DNA of 64,000 nt from an uncultured virus (IMG/VR IMGVR_UViG_3300010391_001807) (IMGVR_UViG_3300010391_001807), one strand, 5' to 3'. Shown: positions 18,247 to 28,676, counted from the first letter of the stretch. Numbers and translations are program-made. The notes: a model not told the origin generated them from the letters alone.

Positions 18247-19965
18247 TCATTGGTTGTAAATATATTGACCTATCTTCAAGCTATCTTGTTGTAAAGCCTG
18301 AATAGAACTTTGAATCACTGCGGGATTTACAACATCCAAATTCCCCTCAGTCGCCTCCAAAGCACTTTCTATACATTCCACAATATCCTCTGGCAACCTA
18401 TCTCGATGCTCATTCAACAACTTGCGAGTGTTCTCAATCAACCTCTCTGCCATATTCACATGCTCCAAAAGAATCCTCTTGTTTCGATCTTCCTCAGCAT
18501 ACTTCTTCCCTTCGTCAACCATCTTCTGCAACTCTTCCGGCGTCAAACTCTCACCATTTTCAATGGTAATGGCTTTCTCTTTCCCAGTCACCACATCTTT
18601 AGCAGCAACAGATAAAATGCCATTCACATCAATGTCAAACTTGACCTCAATCTTAGGCTCTCCCGCAGGTGCGGGCAAAATGCCATCCAACTTAAACTTC
18701 CCTAATGACCTATTCTCTTTGGCTAAGGCCCTCTCCCCTTGAGTAATATGGACCTCCACACGGTCTTGTCCATCAACAGCCGTCGTATAAATCTGCTTAT
18801 GAGTAGTAGGAATAGTCGTATTCCTTGGTATCATAGGATCAGATAATCCGTTCTTAACCTCGACGCTCAATGTCAAAGGAGTAATGTCAGCCAAAATGAC
18901 ACTATCAATGGTTCCCCCAATGATAGCTGCACTAATTGCCGCCCCCACTGAAACAACTTCGTCAGGATTAACCGTCTTATTAGGAGTCTTCCCAAAGAAA
19001 TTCATAATGGCTTCTTGCACCATCGGAACCCTAGTCGAGCCACCGACCAAAATGATCTCAGAAATCTCATGAGGCTTTATCTTAGCATCATTCAGAGCAT
19101 TCTGAGTGCAAGTGATGGTCTTGGCAATGTCATCCGCAATCATCTTCCCAAATTCGGCTTGAGTCAAGTTATACTTCAAATTCAAAGGGCCATTGGGACC
19201 CTGAATAATGAAGGGGATAAGAATATCAACTTGAGTGGCATTAGACAATGCTTTCTTGGCATTCTCAGATTCTTCACGGATTCTACTCATGGCATAGATT
19301 TCTGTCGATAAATCAATCTGGTTGTCTCTCAAGAACATCTCAACCAACCAGTCCTGAATTTTCTTGTCAAAATCATCGCCGCCGAGATGGGTATTCCCAG
19401 ACGTAGAATGGACTTCACAAATATCCATCCCAATGGTCAAAATAGAGACATCAAAGGTGCCTCCGCCTAAATCATAAATGCAAACAGTCCGAGCTTCGTC
19501 TCTCTTATCTAATCCATAGGCCAAGGCTGCTGCAGTTGGTTCGTTGATGATTCTCAATACTTCTATACCTGCAATTTCACCGGCCTGTTTGGTAGCATTC
19601 CTCTGCCGATCATCAAAATAAGCAGGAACGGTGATGACTGCCTGATTAATCTTCAGCCCCGTTCTTTCATTGGCGTCATCAACCAATTTTCTCAAGATCT
19701 TGGCTGAAATTGCCTCGGGGGTATGTTCTTCGCCGTCAATGATTATTTTCTCATTGGTGCCCATGAGCCTTTTAATGGATAAAATGGTGTGTAAGGGGTC
19801 CATGGTATATTGTTTCTTCGCATCTTCTCCGACAATTGTGCCTGAGCCAAAATGCACCACTGATGGTGTAATTCTATTCCCGTTCTTGTTCTCAATTACT
19901 CTCGGCACCCCATTCTCAATAATGGCAATCACAGAGTTGGTCGTCCCTAAATCAATTCCAAACAT
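18247..19965 (-). CDS. dnaK: Hsp70 chaperone DnaK
   Basis: GIDLGTTNS, VITVPAYF, INEPTAAALAYG, YDLGGGTFDVS, LVGGSTRVP, NPDEVV, FDIDVNGIL. Confidence 0.98.
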   Translation of the reverse strand: MFGIDLGTTNSVIAIIENGVPRVIENKNGNRITPSVVHFGSGTIVGEDAKKQYTMDPLHTILSIKRLMGTNEKIIIDGEEHTPEAISAKILRKLVDDANERTGLKINQAVITVPAYFDDRQRNATKQAGEIAGIEVLRIINEPTAAALAYGLDKRDEARTVCIYDLGGGTFDVSILTIGMDICEVHSTSGNTHLGGDDFDKKIQDWLVEMFLRDNQIDLSTEIYAMSRIREESENAKKALSNATQVDILIPFIIQGPNGPLNLKYNLTQAEFGKMIADDIAKTITCTQNALNDAKIKPHEISEIILVGGSTRVPMVQEAIMNFFGKTPNKTVNPDEVVSVGAAISAAIIGGTIDSVILADITPLTLSVEVKNGLSDPMIPRNTTIPTTHKQIYTTAVDGQDRVEVHITQGERALAKENRSLGKFKLDGILPAPAGEPKIEVKFDIDVNGILSVAAKDVVTGKEKAITIENGESLTPEELQKMVDEGKKYAEEDRNKRILLEHVNMAERLIENTRKLLNEHRDRLPEDIVECIESALEATEGNLDVVNPAVIQSSIQALQQDSLKIGQYIYNQ

Positions 19966-19968
19966 AAT

Positions 19969-20343
19969 TTATTCCTTTTCAAAATTGTCCATATCTATAC
20001 TAGTCATAGCCTTCAAAGTCCCCATAAATTCCAATGGGTTTTCCTGCATCATTTTCACGAAGATCTGTTCCTCTTCATCTGATATGGCGTCTATGGTTTG
20101 ACGGGGAATGTATTCCCCTTCGATATATACTAAGCTAGGATCAGATGGCATCTGTAGTTTCACCTTATCAACTATATACACCGGCATCGTTACTTGCCCC
20201 ATCTCCTGGCATTTATTACATTTGAATATTAATGAAGCATAAACCAACCCCTTCATCATAATGCCCAGGCACCATTCTCGACAAATTTTTGCTTTGCATT
20301 TTGAATTGCTGCACTTGATGTTAGTTTTGCGGACAATAGGCAT
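19969..20343 (-). CDS. Cys-rich hypothetical protein
   Basis: CSNSKC and CNKC motifs; translationally adjacent to dnaK. Confidence 0.65.
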   Translation of the reverse strand: MPIVRKTNIKCSNSKCKAKICREWCLGIMMKGLVYASLIFKCNKCQEMGQVTMPVYIVDKVKLQMPSDPSLVYIEGEYIPRQTIDAISDEEEQIFVKMMQENPLEFMGTLKAMTSIDMDNFEKE

Positions 20344-20345
20344 GT

Positions 20346-21323
20346 TTAGATCCTCTCTTGAACGAAATTAATGAAGTTAGATTTATTATACAAATATGAT
20401 TTATCATTTAATTTATTAAATGCTTCACCATATAAAATTTTACACTGCTCAACCATATCGTCATTGACTGTACTCTCTAAAGGCAATCCATTTATCACGA
20501 TACCATGCATATGAGCACACATCCCATTCTCAGAGCCCAAAATTACTGCCTTCTTGGCCACAGCCGCTTTGGCCAAGATATGGTTCCAGCCATAATTCTG
20601 TGTCTCAGGGCAAACCACAATATCACTCTTAATTATACAGCCATCAATGTAATATGGTACTGCGGTTGATAAAAGAAGAGCCTTATGACCATCACTTCTT
20701 CTATGACTGACAATATATCCTTGTATTGCTTCACGATAATTATCATTTATGGCATCATAATATATAACCAATAAATCATCTTTGAATTGATCATCGCCCA
20801 TGTAATACCCGATGAAGTTCAACATCCCTACCCAATCGGCTCTATTGGCCACACAAAATATGACCCTATTCCCTTGATAAGGTAAAACTAATTCGGTGTC
20901 ATCTGGCAAACTAACTTCAGGAACATATTCATAGGTCTGATGATCCAGACGATGCTGTTTTAATATCCCCGCCAATTTTTTGTCAGGGGTCCAAATTTCA
21001 TCATATCTTAAAATCTTCTCCAGAATTTCATCATTTTTATATAATTTATCAATATTAACATTATCAATCAACAAAATGTTTTTCTGACCGCTACTATAGA
21101 ATCCATCACGAAGGTCATATGAATAAATATGAGGGGATTCTGGAAAGGCATTGCTCTCCAACATGGTTTTTATCTTGTCATTTTTCAAACTATAGTCTAA
21201 TTTACTATCAGGGGACAAGTTTTTCAATTGCACGGCCTTTTGACCCAGATCATAAACTGATAATAACTGATCTATGGCTAAAAAAGAGGCCACTCCCCCA
21301 TCGCAAGCAATTTCCCATATCAT
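20346..21323 (-). CDS. Degenerate GT-B fold glycosyltransferase-like protein
   Basis: DEIWTP, SDIVVCPETQNYGW..ILAKAAVAKKAVI resembles the GT4 'S..EG.G...EA...G.PVI' motif but lacks the acidic residues. Confidence 0.45.
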   Translation of the reverse strand: MIWEIACDGGVASFLAIDQLLSVYDLGQKAVQLKNLSPDSKLDYSLKNDKIKTMLESNAFPESPHIYSYDLRDGFYSSGQKNILLIDNVNIDKLYKNDEILEKILRYDEIWTPDKKLAGILKQHRLDHQTYEYVPEVSLPDDTELVLPYQGNRVIFCVANRADWVGMLNFIGYYMGDDQFKDDLLVIYYDAINDNYREAIQGYIVSHRRSDGHKALLLSTAVPYYIDGCIIKSDIVVCPETQNYGWNHILAKAAVAKKAVILGSENGMCAHMHGIVINGLPLESTVNDDMVEQCKILYGEAFNKLNDKSYLYNKSNFINFVQERI

Positions 21324-21325
21324 TT

Positions 21326-21577
21326 TTACACATCCTCGAAAACTGGAACATATTCGCTATCTGCTACTGGCAGAACTTCTTGAGCCTTGACTTTAACTTC
21401 GCCACTATGTTTAACAATGATTTCTAGGGCCTCATCGATGGTAAGAGAAGCGTCTATTGCTACATCTTCTGGCACTTCTTGATATGCCAAATAAGCAACA
21501 TTCATTGGCAAGGTATTGGCGGTGAAGATTCTCACAATCTTTCTATTAGTTTTATCATATTCTAAAAATAATGGCAT
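21326..21577 (-). CDS. Hypothetical protein
   Basis: 83-aa ORF with AGGAG SD, in the operon. Confidence 0.65.
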   Translation of the reverse strand: MPLFLEYDKTNRKIVRIFTANTLPMNVAYLAYQEVPEDVAIDASLTIDEALEIIVKHSGEVKVKAQEVLPVADSEYVPVFEDV

Positions 21578-21588
21578 CTTAAAATCTC

Positions 21589-23184
21589 CTATAAACCTTT
21601 CACTGTTCTAAATCTCTCTGGCCCAACATGAGTTATGATATATTCTTCTTCATTGAGATATATCATTTCTCTTTGTTGGACATGCTCGGCTAATTTCTTA
21701 TTTTTATCTTTGATGTCAATGACGATGGCGAAGTTTTTGTTTTCAAATTTCCTAGACACCCTGCCAATTCTTTGGTACAATCTATTCTCGGCCTTCCCAC
21801 CATCACAAATCATCAGGACCCTTAAATCAGGCAAATTGAGCCCTTCGTCAGCAATGGAGGTCGCAATCAAAATAGGTAGTTCTCCTGACATTAAATCAAC
21901 AAGAGCCTGTTTCTTCTTTTTCTCAGGCGTTTTCGAGTGAATGAACATACTCCCAGGGATCATTTTCTCTAATGCTTCTCCATGAACCACTATTCCTACT
22001 AACATCAATACTGCTCCATATTCTTTCACTCTGGCAGCAATGGATGCTAATAATCTGTTCCTGGTTTCAGACTGGACCACATAATTTTTACGAATTTGGT
22101 CGAAAGTAGAAAACTCCTCGTTCTGGCTTTCTGGGTTCCCCACCATAAAGACATAGGGCCTCACTATGACCCCTCTGCGAATTAACTCCGAGGGAGAGAT
22201 GTTAATAAGTTTCCGGCCAAAGGTGCCTTGAATTAAAATCTCACTATTATCTTGTCTTTTCATTGTGCCAGAAAATGCCATTCGATAATAAGCCTGCACA
22301 CTCTGTTTCAATACTTCTTGATAAATGACGCTGGAACACCGATGGGCTTCGTCGGCCACTATCATCTTAGCATTTTGAATTAACCCCTGCAAGACATCTT
22401 TCCTCGTCACCACAAAGCTCAAATCTTCATCAGCGTCGGGATCATCATCAATGCTTCTTTTCTTCTTTTTGGTTTTCTGTTGCAGTTGTTTGTTCTTCAA
22501 TTGCATCTGCTCTGGAGTTAAATATGTAATAGTGTCTTTCTCGCTATTATACTCCATATCTAGGGCTGTAATGGCCGTCTGAATGGTCATAACTGTAATC
22601 TCTTTAATATCACATTGACCATCCCCAACAATCCCCACATCCACTGGTTTCCCCTCTTTATCACGCAAATATTTCTCTATTTCATTTTTAGTTTGATAAA
22701 GAAGTAATAAAGACGGAACATAAATAATGACCGGAGAAACTCCTATCTCAGCAATGATGTCAGTAAAAGTCAATGTCTTGCCAGAAGCCGTGGGCATGGC
22801 AAAGGCCCCCCTCCCAGCTTTTTTGGCTTGATAAACAGCCTCTTCTTGGAAATCATACAATGATTCAATCTTACCAGATAGAATCAACTGCCAATTATGC
22901 ATTCTTTGAGACCTGACCCTCTGATCATCTATTTCAACTTGGAAATCATAGTCTTTCAATATTTTCCGAACATCACTAAGGAGTCCAGTGTTAAACACTT
23001 TCTTATAGCGGTTAAAAAGACGAGTCACCCCATCCCATTTACCATCAATGACTTTGGATATGTAGGCACTATTTGGATTCTTATATGATAACTTCTCATA
23101 TAAGGCATCCATGACTTCATCTGGCAGATAACCAAATATTCTGCTATTAACATTCCCAAGTTTGATTGTTGCTGTTTCCGGCAT
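21589..23184 (-). CDS. SF2 DNA helicase, UvsW/XPB-like
   Basis: YDFQ, MPTASGKT, DEAH, FSGT, ATSIADEGLNLP, QRIGRVSR; N-terminal W-D-G motif typical of UvsW-like phage helicases. Confidence 0.9.
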   Translation of the reverse strand: MPETATIKLGNVNSRIFGYLPDEVMDALYEKLSYKNPNSAYISKVIDGKWDGVTRLFNRYKKVFNTGLLSDVRKILKDYDFQVEIDDQRVRSQRMHNWQLILSGKIESLYDFQEEAVYQAKKAGRGAFAMPTASGKTLTFTDIIAEIGVSPVIIYVPSLLLLYQTKNEIEKYLRDKEGKPVDVGIVGDGQCDIKEITVMTIQTAITALDMEYNSEKDTITYLTPEQMQLKNKQLQQKTKKKKRSIDDDPDADEDLSFVVTRKDVLQGLIQNAKMIVADEAHRCSSVIYQEVLKQSVQAYYRMAFSGTMKRQDNSEILIQGTFGRKLINISPSELIRRGVIVRPYVFMVGNPESQNEEFSTFDQIRKNYVVQSETRNRLLASIAARVKEYGAVLMLVGIVVHGEALEKMIPGSMFIHSKTPEKKKKQALVDLMSGELPILIATSIADEGLNLPDLRVLMICDGGKAENRLYQRIGRVSRKFENKNFAIVIDIKDKNKKLAEHVQQREMIYLNEEEYIITHVGPERFRTVKGL

Positions 23185-23203
23185 TTAATCACCCTAAAAA
23201 TCA

Positions 23204-23260
23204 ATAAGCGAGGGGTTAACCTCGCTTATCATTATACTTGATTGAGTAGTCAAAAAGCAA
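23204..23260 (-). promoter_or_regulatory. Sigma70-type promoter and hairpin upstream of the helicase operon
   Basis: Minus strand TTGCTT-N18-TATAAT (AATCAAGTATAAT is identical to the cca promoter); 10-bp hairpin ATAAGCGAGG/CCTCGCTTAT at 23204-23229. Confidence 0.6.
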
Positions 23261-23263
23261 CTA

Positions 23264-23713
23264 CTATCTCCTAAGACCTTTTGCCTTGAGACTGGCGATT
23301 TCAACCTTGTGGCTCTTGATGGCGACTTTAGCTGCGGCCTTGTCACTAACAATGATACCGACAACAAAACCGATGACCTGGACAATGATGGCTTTTTCTG
23401 CGTCAGAAAGAGTGATATTGGCGGCTTGAGCGGCAGCGTTAAAGATCGCATTGGCGGCGGCAATGGCTTCGTCACGGTTGAAACTTCCATTAGCAACTGC
23501 TTCTGCTGCAGTAAGAAGTGCGTCATAGACACCTTCCCATTTATCGGGCATAAACAACTTGATGATGCCCTCTGCAGATTTCAGAATTTGTAATACGGTG
23601 TTGACTGCCGCTGGTTTCTTAACTAAACGAGATAAAACAAATATAAGAACCACAACAACTACAACGGCAATCAAGACTGGTAAACTGAACATTCCAGACA
23701 AAAATGATAACAT
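23264..23713 (-). CDS. Membrane protein, holin-like
   Basis: N-terminal hydrophobic helix, Ala-rich amphipathic body, basic tail; AAGGAGGT SD; upstream promoter motif. Confidence 0.5.
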   Translation of the reverse strand: MLSFLSGMFSLPVLIAVVVVVVLIFVLSRLVKKPAAVNTVLQILKSAEGIIKLFMPDKWEGVYDALLTAAEAVANGSFNRDEAIAAANAIFNAAAQAANITLSDAEKAIIVQVIGFVVGIIVSDKAAAKVAIKSHKVEIASLKAKGLRR

Positions 23714-23946
23714 TATGTTTTGACCTCCTTTTCTTATTTAGTAACTATATATAATTCCATCAAACCTTTGTATTAACCTACTCTTTTTATAACTAACTAT
23801 AAAATTATCATTAAATTTAGTTCTTATTGCTATTGATTTTTCTTTTAAACTTCTCACCGAACCAACCATTGTTCCTTGATTTCTATGTTTTGACTTAAAT
23901 AGGACTTCTGCCTTTGGGTACGAGGCGTATTAAAACAACTCCCTCC

Positions 23947-24150
23947 TTAGACCTCTACCTCTTTTCTGGGCTTGGTCTGTCTTTTTTTAGTCCGGTGCGT
24001 AATTTTACGCCCGTCTAATTCTCTGAGAGCATGAGATTTTTTAGCGTTCTTATTCCACTTTCGTTCTTTGTCTTCGCACTCGAAACAAATTACCTCGTCA
24101 TCTTCGACGTTTGCTCCACAGGCTTCACAGGTAAATAAATAAACATCCAT
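23947..24150 (-). CDS. Small zinc-ribbon protein with basic tail
   Basis: CEAC...CFEC, K/R-rich C-terminus. Confidence 0.6.
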   Translation of the reverse strand: MDVYLFTCEACGANVEDDEVICFECEDKERKWNKNAKKSHALRELDGRKITHRTKKRQTKPRKEVEV

Positions 24151-24168
24151 TAAAAATCACTACCCTCT

Positions 24169-24345
24169 TTATTTTTTCTCAAACTTAACTTCAGTCTTGC
24201 AAAACGGACAAAACTTGCCGTCCTCAACCTGACCGCCTTTGACAATCTTCTTACAACTGGTGCAGATGGTAGTAGAATCATCAACGGTCATCCCGATGAC
24301 TTCCCCATTACCCCTACGAGCTACTCCTCTTTTCTCCATTGCCAT
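24169..24345 (-). CDS. Small zinc-ribbon protein (58 aa), not in the ORF track
   Basis: My translation: MAMEKRGVARRGNGEVIGMTVDDSTTICTSCKKIVKGGQVEDGKFCPFCKTEVKFEKK; AAGGTGA SD; promoter motif at 24385-24410. Confidence 0.75.
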   Translation of the reverse strand: MAMEKRGVARRGNGEVIGMTVDDSTTICTSCKKIVKGGQVEDGKFCPFCKTEVKFEKK

Positions 24346-24422
24346 AATGAATCACCTTCTTAATAAGCTTTTATTACTACTATCATTCATATTATACCAA
24401 GATTTTACCTGCTACATGCAAT

Positions 24423-25289
24423 CTATTTTTTGATTTCTCGACTATTAAAATAAGATCTCAATAACTCTTCCTGCTGTTCTGTCAAATCATCAGGGAACTT
24501 TTGTTCGAGAGCAATAAGCAAATCCCCTCTCGGTTCCACTTGACCAAATGCCAAAGGAAGCCCCTTATTAGGGATTCTATGCAACGCTGAAGTGACACAT
24601 TTATGAGGAATAGAAAGCCAAACATCTTCTTGGAAGACAGTTTTAATGGGAATGCGGCCTCCTAATAACATAATGACAGGATCTATGGACTGTTTCATGA
24701 CAATGTTATTTTGCATGATTTGAACATCTGGCATCAGAGAAATCATCGGCTTGACGACAACATGCCCCGCAGGAGCATCTGGGAACTCGATATTTCCCTC
24801 CCCATGCAAGACAAAGGGGCTCACATTAATGCCTGGAGGCAAAACAACTTCCTTACTGACTGATTCGAAGGTAAAACCTTGCCCATTACAAGTTGTACAA
24901 GCACTATTCATATTATGGCAAACAGGGCAAGTCTTGCGTCTATTGAAGTTAATGGTCGTGGTTTTGGAACTTAAAAACTCAGGGAATTGATACTCAACAG
25001 GGACTTCAATGGATGAATTGTTATATCTTATACTAAACTGAAACCCCGGACCATTAGTAAAACCTGGGCCATTAGTAAAAAATGTACTTCTTAATTGAGA
25101 CATGTCATATTGTTGTCTTTTATCAGCGTTAGACAATGTTTCATAAGCCTCGGTTATAAATTTGAACTTTTCTTCACTTTCGGGATTCACGTCAGGATGA
25201 TGCTCTCGGGCTAAAGTCCGATATGCTTTTTTAATTTCCTCATCAGTGGCGGTCGGAGGCACTCCCAATCGCTCGTAATAATTACTCAT
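24423..25289 (-). CDS. dnaJ: DnaJ co-chaperone with shortened G/F region and reduced Zn finger
   Basis: NYYERLGV...KKAYR.LA...HPD; CPVC...CTTCNGQG; DnaJ C-terminal domain (GEGN, KGLP, RGDLLI). Start moved to MSNYY at 25289. Confidence 0.9.
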   Translation of the reverse strand: MSNYYERLGVPPTATDEEIKKAYRTLAREHHPDVNPESEEKFKFITEAYETLSNADKRQQYDMSQLRSTFFTNGPGFTNGPGFQFSIRYNNSSIEVPVEYQFPEFLSSKTTTINFNRRKTCPVCHNMNSACTTCNGQGFTFESVSKEVVLPPGINVSPFVLHGEGNIEFPDAPAGHVVVKPMISLMPDVQIMQNNIVMKQSIDPVIMLLGGRIPIKTVFQEDVWLSIPHKCVTSALHRIPNKGLPLAFGQVEPRGDLLIALEQKFPDDLTEQQEELLRSYFNSREIKK

Positions 25290-25794
25290 TTTCTTCTCTT
25301 TGATCCACCGTTTCTTCTGCCAAATCAGGGATAACAACTCCATCTAAATGATTAATCTCATGAAGAAAAACTCTAGCCCAGGTATCATTCAAGGTGACTT
25401 GCTTAGAAACCCCCTTCTCATTCATATACTGGACTTTAATGGCATAGGGTCTAGTAACTAAAAAATTCCGGCCAGGGAAAGATAGACAGCCCTCCCATAA
25501 AGTTGCAACTTTAGGGGCCACTCCCTGCTCATCCATGACAATATCTTCGATGTTATCCATTGAAGTCCAAACAATCTTAGGATTTATGATGGTCATCAAT
25601 TCTTCTTTACTAAGACAAACAAAAGCCCTCAGATTATATCCTATTTGATTGGCCGCAATAGCGGCGGCACCAGGATTAGCCAAAACGGCCTTTTTAATTT
25701 CTTCGATTTGCTCTTTGTGTCGCTTGGTTATTTTCTTAATAGGCATGGAACGGGCTCGTAAGATGGGAGCATCTTCTGCTACAAAAACAGACAT
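25282..25794 (-). CDS. def: Peptide deformylase
   Basis: [10 protein letters not shown] (variant motif 1), [16 protein letters not shown]. Confidence 0.92.
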   Translation of the reverse strand: MSVFVAEDAPILRARSMPIKKITKRHKEQIEEIKKAVLANPGAAAIAANQIGYNLRAFVCLSKEELMTIINPKIVWTSMDNIEDIVMDEQGVAPKVATLWEGCLSFPGRNFLVTRPYAIKVQYMNEKGVSKQVTLNDTWARVFLHEINHLDGVVIPDLAEETVDQREENE

Positions 25795-25815
25795 GGAAAT
25801 CACCTCTGGAAAGGA

Positions 25816-26577
25816 TTATACAATATTTTGGATGGCTTGTAATACTTTTGCGATGGGGATGACTGAATTTTGCCCCATCTGTAATTCGGCAGCATGTTTC
25901 CCTATGATTCCCATGACCATGCCGATGATTTCGCCTTGATTATTAATAACCATACTCCCAGAAGATCCTTCGTAAATATCAGAATCAATAAAAATCATAT
26001 TTTGCCAACTTTCATCTGGTAAATGTTGAGGTGTTTTATCAACCGCTGATACATGGCCAACAGTAATCACATTCTCCCATCCTTCAGGAGCCCCAAGCAC
26101 AGCAATGGATTCCCCAGGTATAGGCACTTGTTTAGCAATGGGAGGAGGTGTAATTTTTAGGCTAGGGTCTACTCTTAAGGTTCCAATGTCAACTTTCTCA
26201 TCACTAGAAAGAATTTCAGCATCGAATTGAGAAATTCCATCAAAAGAAACTTTTATCAAATGCTGGGAATCAACACTGGGCAACACATGAGCGGAGGTCA
26301 CGATAACTCCAGGCTGAATTAAGAACCCACTCCCAGTCCAAGTTGAAGCAGACCCTTCGGTACCACTTTGATTCACAATAATAAGACAAGCAGCAGGCAA
26401 TGCTTTTTGAATAGCATAAAAAATAGGCTCTTGCTCCACCTGAGCCATGACCATTCTAGTCCTCAGTCGAGCAAAATCTAACTTATTTATATCTGTTTTG
26501 AAACCTTTTTCAATAGCCGATAGTTCTTCGGTAGTAAATCTTCTACTCAAAGTTGGACTGAATGCAAATTTATCCAT
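25816..26577 (-). CDS. Trypsin-like serine protease (HtrA-type catalytic domain, no PDZ)
   Basis: GSGF, VTSAHV, DIG, GHVSA, EGSSGS; catalytic triad intact. Confidence 0.9.
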   Translation of the reverse strand: MDKFAFSPTLSRRFTTEELSAIEKGFKTDINKLDFARLRTRMVMAQVEQEPIFYAIQKALPAACLIIVNQSGTEGSASTWTGSGFLIQPGVIVTSAHVLPSVDSQHLIKVSFDGISQFDAEILSSDEKVDIGTLRVDPSLKITPPPIAKQVPIPGESIAVLGAPEGWENVITVGHVSAVDKTPQHLPDESWQNMIFIDSDIYEGSSGSMVINNQGEIIGMVMGIIGKHAAELQMGQNSVIPIAKVLQAIQNIV

Positions 26578-26579
26578 TG

Positions 26580-27647
26580 TTATTTTACCTTTTTATTAAA
26601 ACAATTTAAAATCCATTTGAATGCCAATACCGCACAACCTGTGCTAACTGACGAAGCGTGGACCGGCTGCAATACACCCTCTGGGTTAGATTGAAGGTCC
26701 TGCGCGGCACTAGAAACCATAACCGTTCCATCTTCATTCAATCCAGTGGCAAAATCTAATATGCCAATAGTATTCCCGTCTCCCAAATCAATCAGACTCC
26801 CTTTCTCATATCTATCAATATGCTGTTGTAATTCTTTATAATTCGTGATTGGAGTGGTATGATTGATGGCCGTGCGATGATAAGCTAAAATTAACGCAGA
26901 AATTCCAGCAATGAAAGGGCTGCTCATACTGGTGCCACTAAGTTTGGCATATCCATCATTAAGATAAGTAGAATATACGTCACTCCCAGGAGCAATGAAA
27001 TCTAACCCTTGACCAACATTAGAATAGTTAGCCACCTGCCCATTTTCAGTCATGGCCGCAACAGCAATCACCTCTTCAAATCTCCCAGGAAAATCAACCT
27101 GTTTTTGGCCTTCATTTCCTGCGGCGGCAATTAAAATCATCCCTTTGTCAGTAGCAGTTTTAATTAACTGGCGCAACTGATTAGGAGGGTTAATGGCGGC
27201 ACCCAAAGACATATTCACAATATCGGCATTAATTTCAATGGCCCATTCTAACCCTTTCATTATCCAACTATAATCACCAGGACATAACCCGTTATTATCC
27301 AAAACTTTACCAGAATACAAATCACATCTGGGAGCGATACCTATAACTCCAACACCATTATCTATGGCTCCGATAATACCATGCACATGACTACTATGCC
27401 CTTGTCTATCTATGGCATCATTATTACCAGTAAAATCTTGAGACCCTTTAATGTTATCATTTAAATCAACATGAACGGGCTGCCCAGTATCTAAAATGAC
27501 TACCTTCATCCCTTCCCCTTTTGTCTTTAAAGTCTCGCGATATTTATCAATATGAGTATAGGCTTGACCCCAATCACATACTTCAGAAAGAGAAGAAATT
27601 ACTTCTATAGCTTTATAATCTGGAATAAACTTATATAATTTTGCCAT
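26580..27647 (-). CDS. Subtilisin-like S8 serine protease
   Basis: ILDTG, GHSSHVHG, NMSLG, AAAGN, SGTSMSSP; no signal peptide evident. Start moved to MAKL at 27647. Confidence 0.93.
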   Translation of the reverse strand: MAKLYKFIPDYKAIEVISSLSEVCDWGQAYTHIDKYRETLKTKGEGMKVVILDTGQPVHVDLNDNIKGSQDFTGNNDAIDRQGHSSHVHGIIGAIDNGVGVIGIAPRCDLYSGKVLDNNGLCPGDYSWIMKGLEWAIEINADIVNMSLGAAINPPNQLRQLIKTATDKGMILIAAAGNEGQKQVDFPGRFEEVIAVAAMTENGQVANYSNVGQGLDFIAPGSDVYSTYLNDGYAKLSGTSMSSPFIAGISALILAYHRTAINHTTPITNYKELQQHIDRYEKGSLIDLGDGNTIGILDFATGLNEDGTVMVSSAAQDLQSNPEGVLQPVHASSVSTGCAVLAFKWILNCFNKKVK

Positions 27648-27707
27648 GATAATCACCTGCCAAAACGTCATGATGTATTATTATTGTAAAACTCCATTAA
27701 AACCTGC

Positions 27708-28676
27708 CTATGGTTTGGTAATATATGTCGGCAAAAAGGGAGCAGCTAATCGTTCTCTGGCCAAATCTGCCACTTGTTGAGCTTGCACAGTTCTCAAACA
27801 AGGAGCATCACAGCCTCTGTCAAAACAAGGGCTACATTCTCGCCCAACATCTAAAATGGAATTATATTCATAAAATGAAGAAATGTCATCTGGTCTGGTC
27901 GGACCCAAAATGCTAACCATTGGAACAGAAATAGCCCCAGCCAAATGCATGAGACCAGTATCTACTGTAATGAGTAATTGACATATGGATAATAAACCGG
28001 CAACACTCATAATATCAGGTGTGCAGCCGGTCAGATTTTTTATGTTGTTACTTTCTATATTAACCTTAACTGGTTTTTCTCCAATTATTAAAACTTTATA
28101 ATCCTTGGACAGATTAGAATATATTTCATCTAAAATGACATCCGGCAATGACCTGGGGGAATTGGGGGCGAATGAATGTTTGATGATGGCTATTAATGGC
28201 TGATTGATATCAACATTCATATCCGTCAACATGATTTTGGCCCACGATGCATAGGTGGGAGAAACATCAATTTGAGGGCGAAAATATTGTGGATCCGCCG
28301 TTTCAATGTCTCCGGCCTTCAAAAATGCCTCCACTTTAGAAACTACACCACTATGAACCAAATCAACATTATCTAAATTAATTTCTTTATCAGTTTTATA
28401 ACCTGGGTTCATCAGCCCTCCCTTTTTATCAGTAGTGTAAGTCATGGTTTTAGGAGGGTGTTCAATGAATGACTTTATGACTGGATGGTATTGATTTAAA
28501 CTACAAAAGGAGATTTCATACCCTTGTCGAGCCCAAAAACGATTCACTGGCTCACACATGATGATGTCCCCCAATCGCCAGCGTCTAATTAATAGCATCT
28601 TTTGATCATTGGAGGACAGTTTTGTTTTGGGTTTGCTGATTTCTAAATTATGACCAACACCTGTAATTTTAAGCAT
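27708..28676 (-). CDS. GT9 (heptosyltransferase-like) glycosyltransferase
   Basis: RLGDIIM; VDTGLMHLAGA...LGPT; C-terminal C.PC...C...C. Confidence 0.88.
   Translation of the reverse strand: MLKITGVGHNLEISKPKTKLSSNDQKMLLIRRWRLGDIIMCEPVNRFWARQGYEISFCSLNQYHPVIKSFIEHPPKTMTYTTDKKGGLMNPGYKTDKEINLDNVDLVHSGVVSKVEAFLKAGDIETADPQYFRPQIDVSPTYASWAKIMLTDMNVDINQPLIAIIKHSFAPNSPRSLPDVILDEIYSNLSKDYKVLIIGEKPVKVNIESNNIKNLTGCTPDIMSVAGLLSICQLLITVDTGLMHLAGAISVPMVSILGPTRPDDISSFYEYNSILDVGRECSPCFDRGCDAPCLRTVQAQQVADLARERLAAPFLPTYITKP

Noticed and set aside
23735..23930. Possible small ORF between the holin-like gene and the Zn-ribbon gene
   Set aside because: The open frame lacks a convincing SD and start and overlaps the promoter motif at 23754-23779. 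It may be a remnant, but I cannot support it.
25044..25082. 18-nt tandem repeat in dnaJ (FTNGPG x2)
   Set aside because: Ordinary low-complexity G/F linker with synonymous differences; no sign of phase variation.
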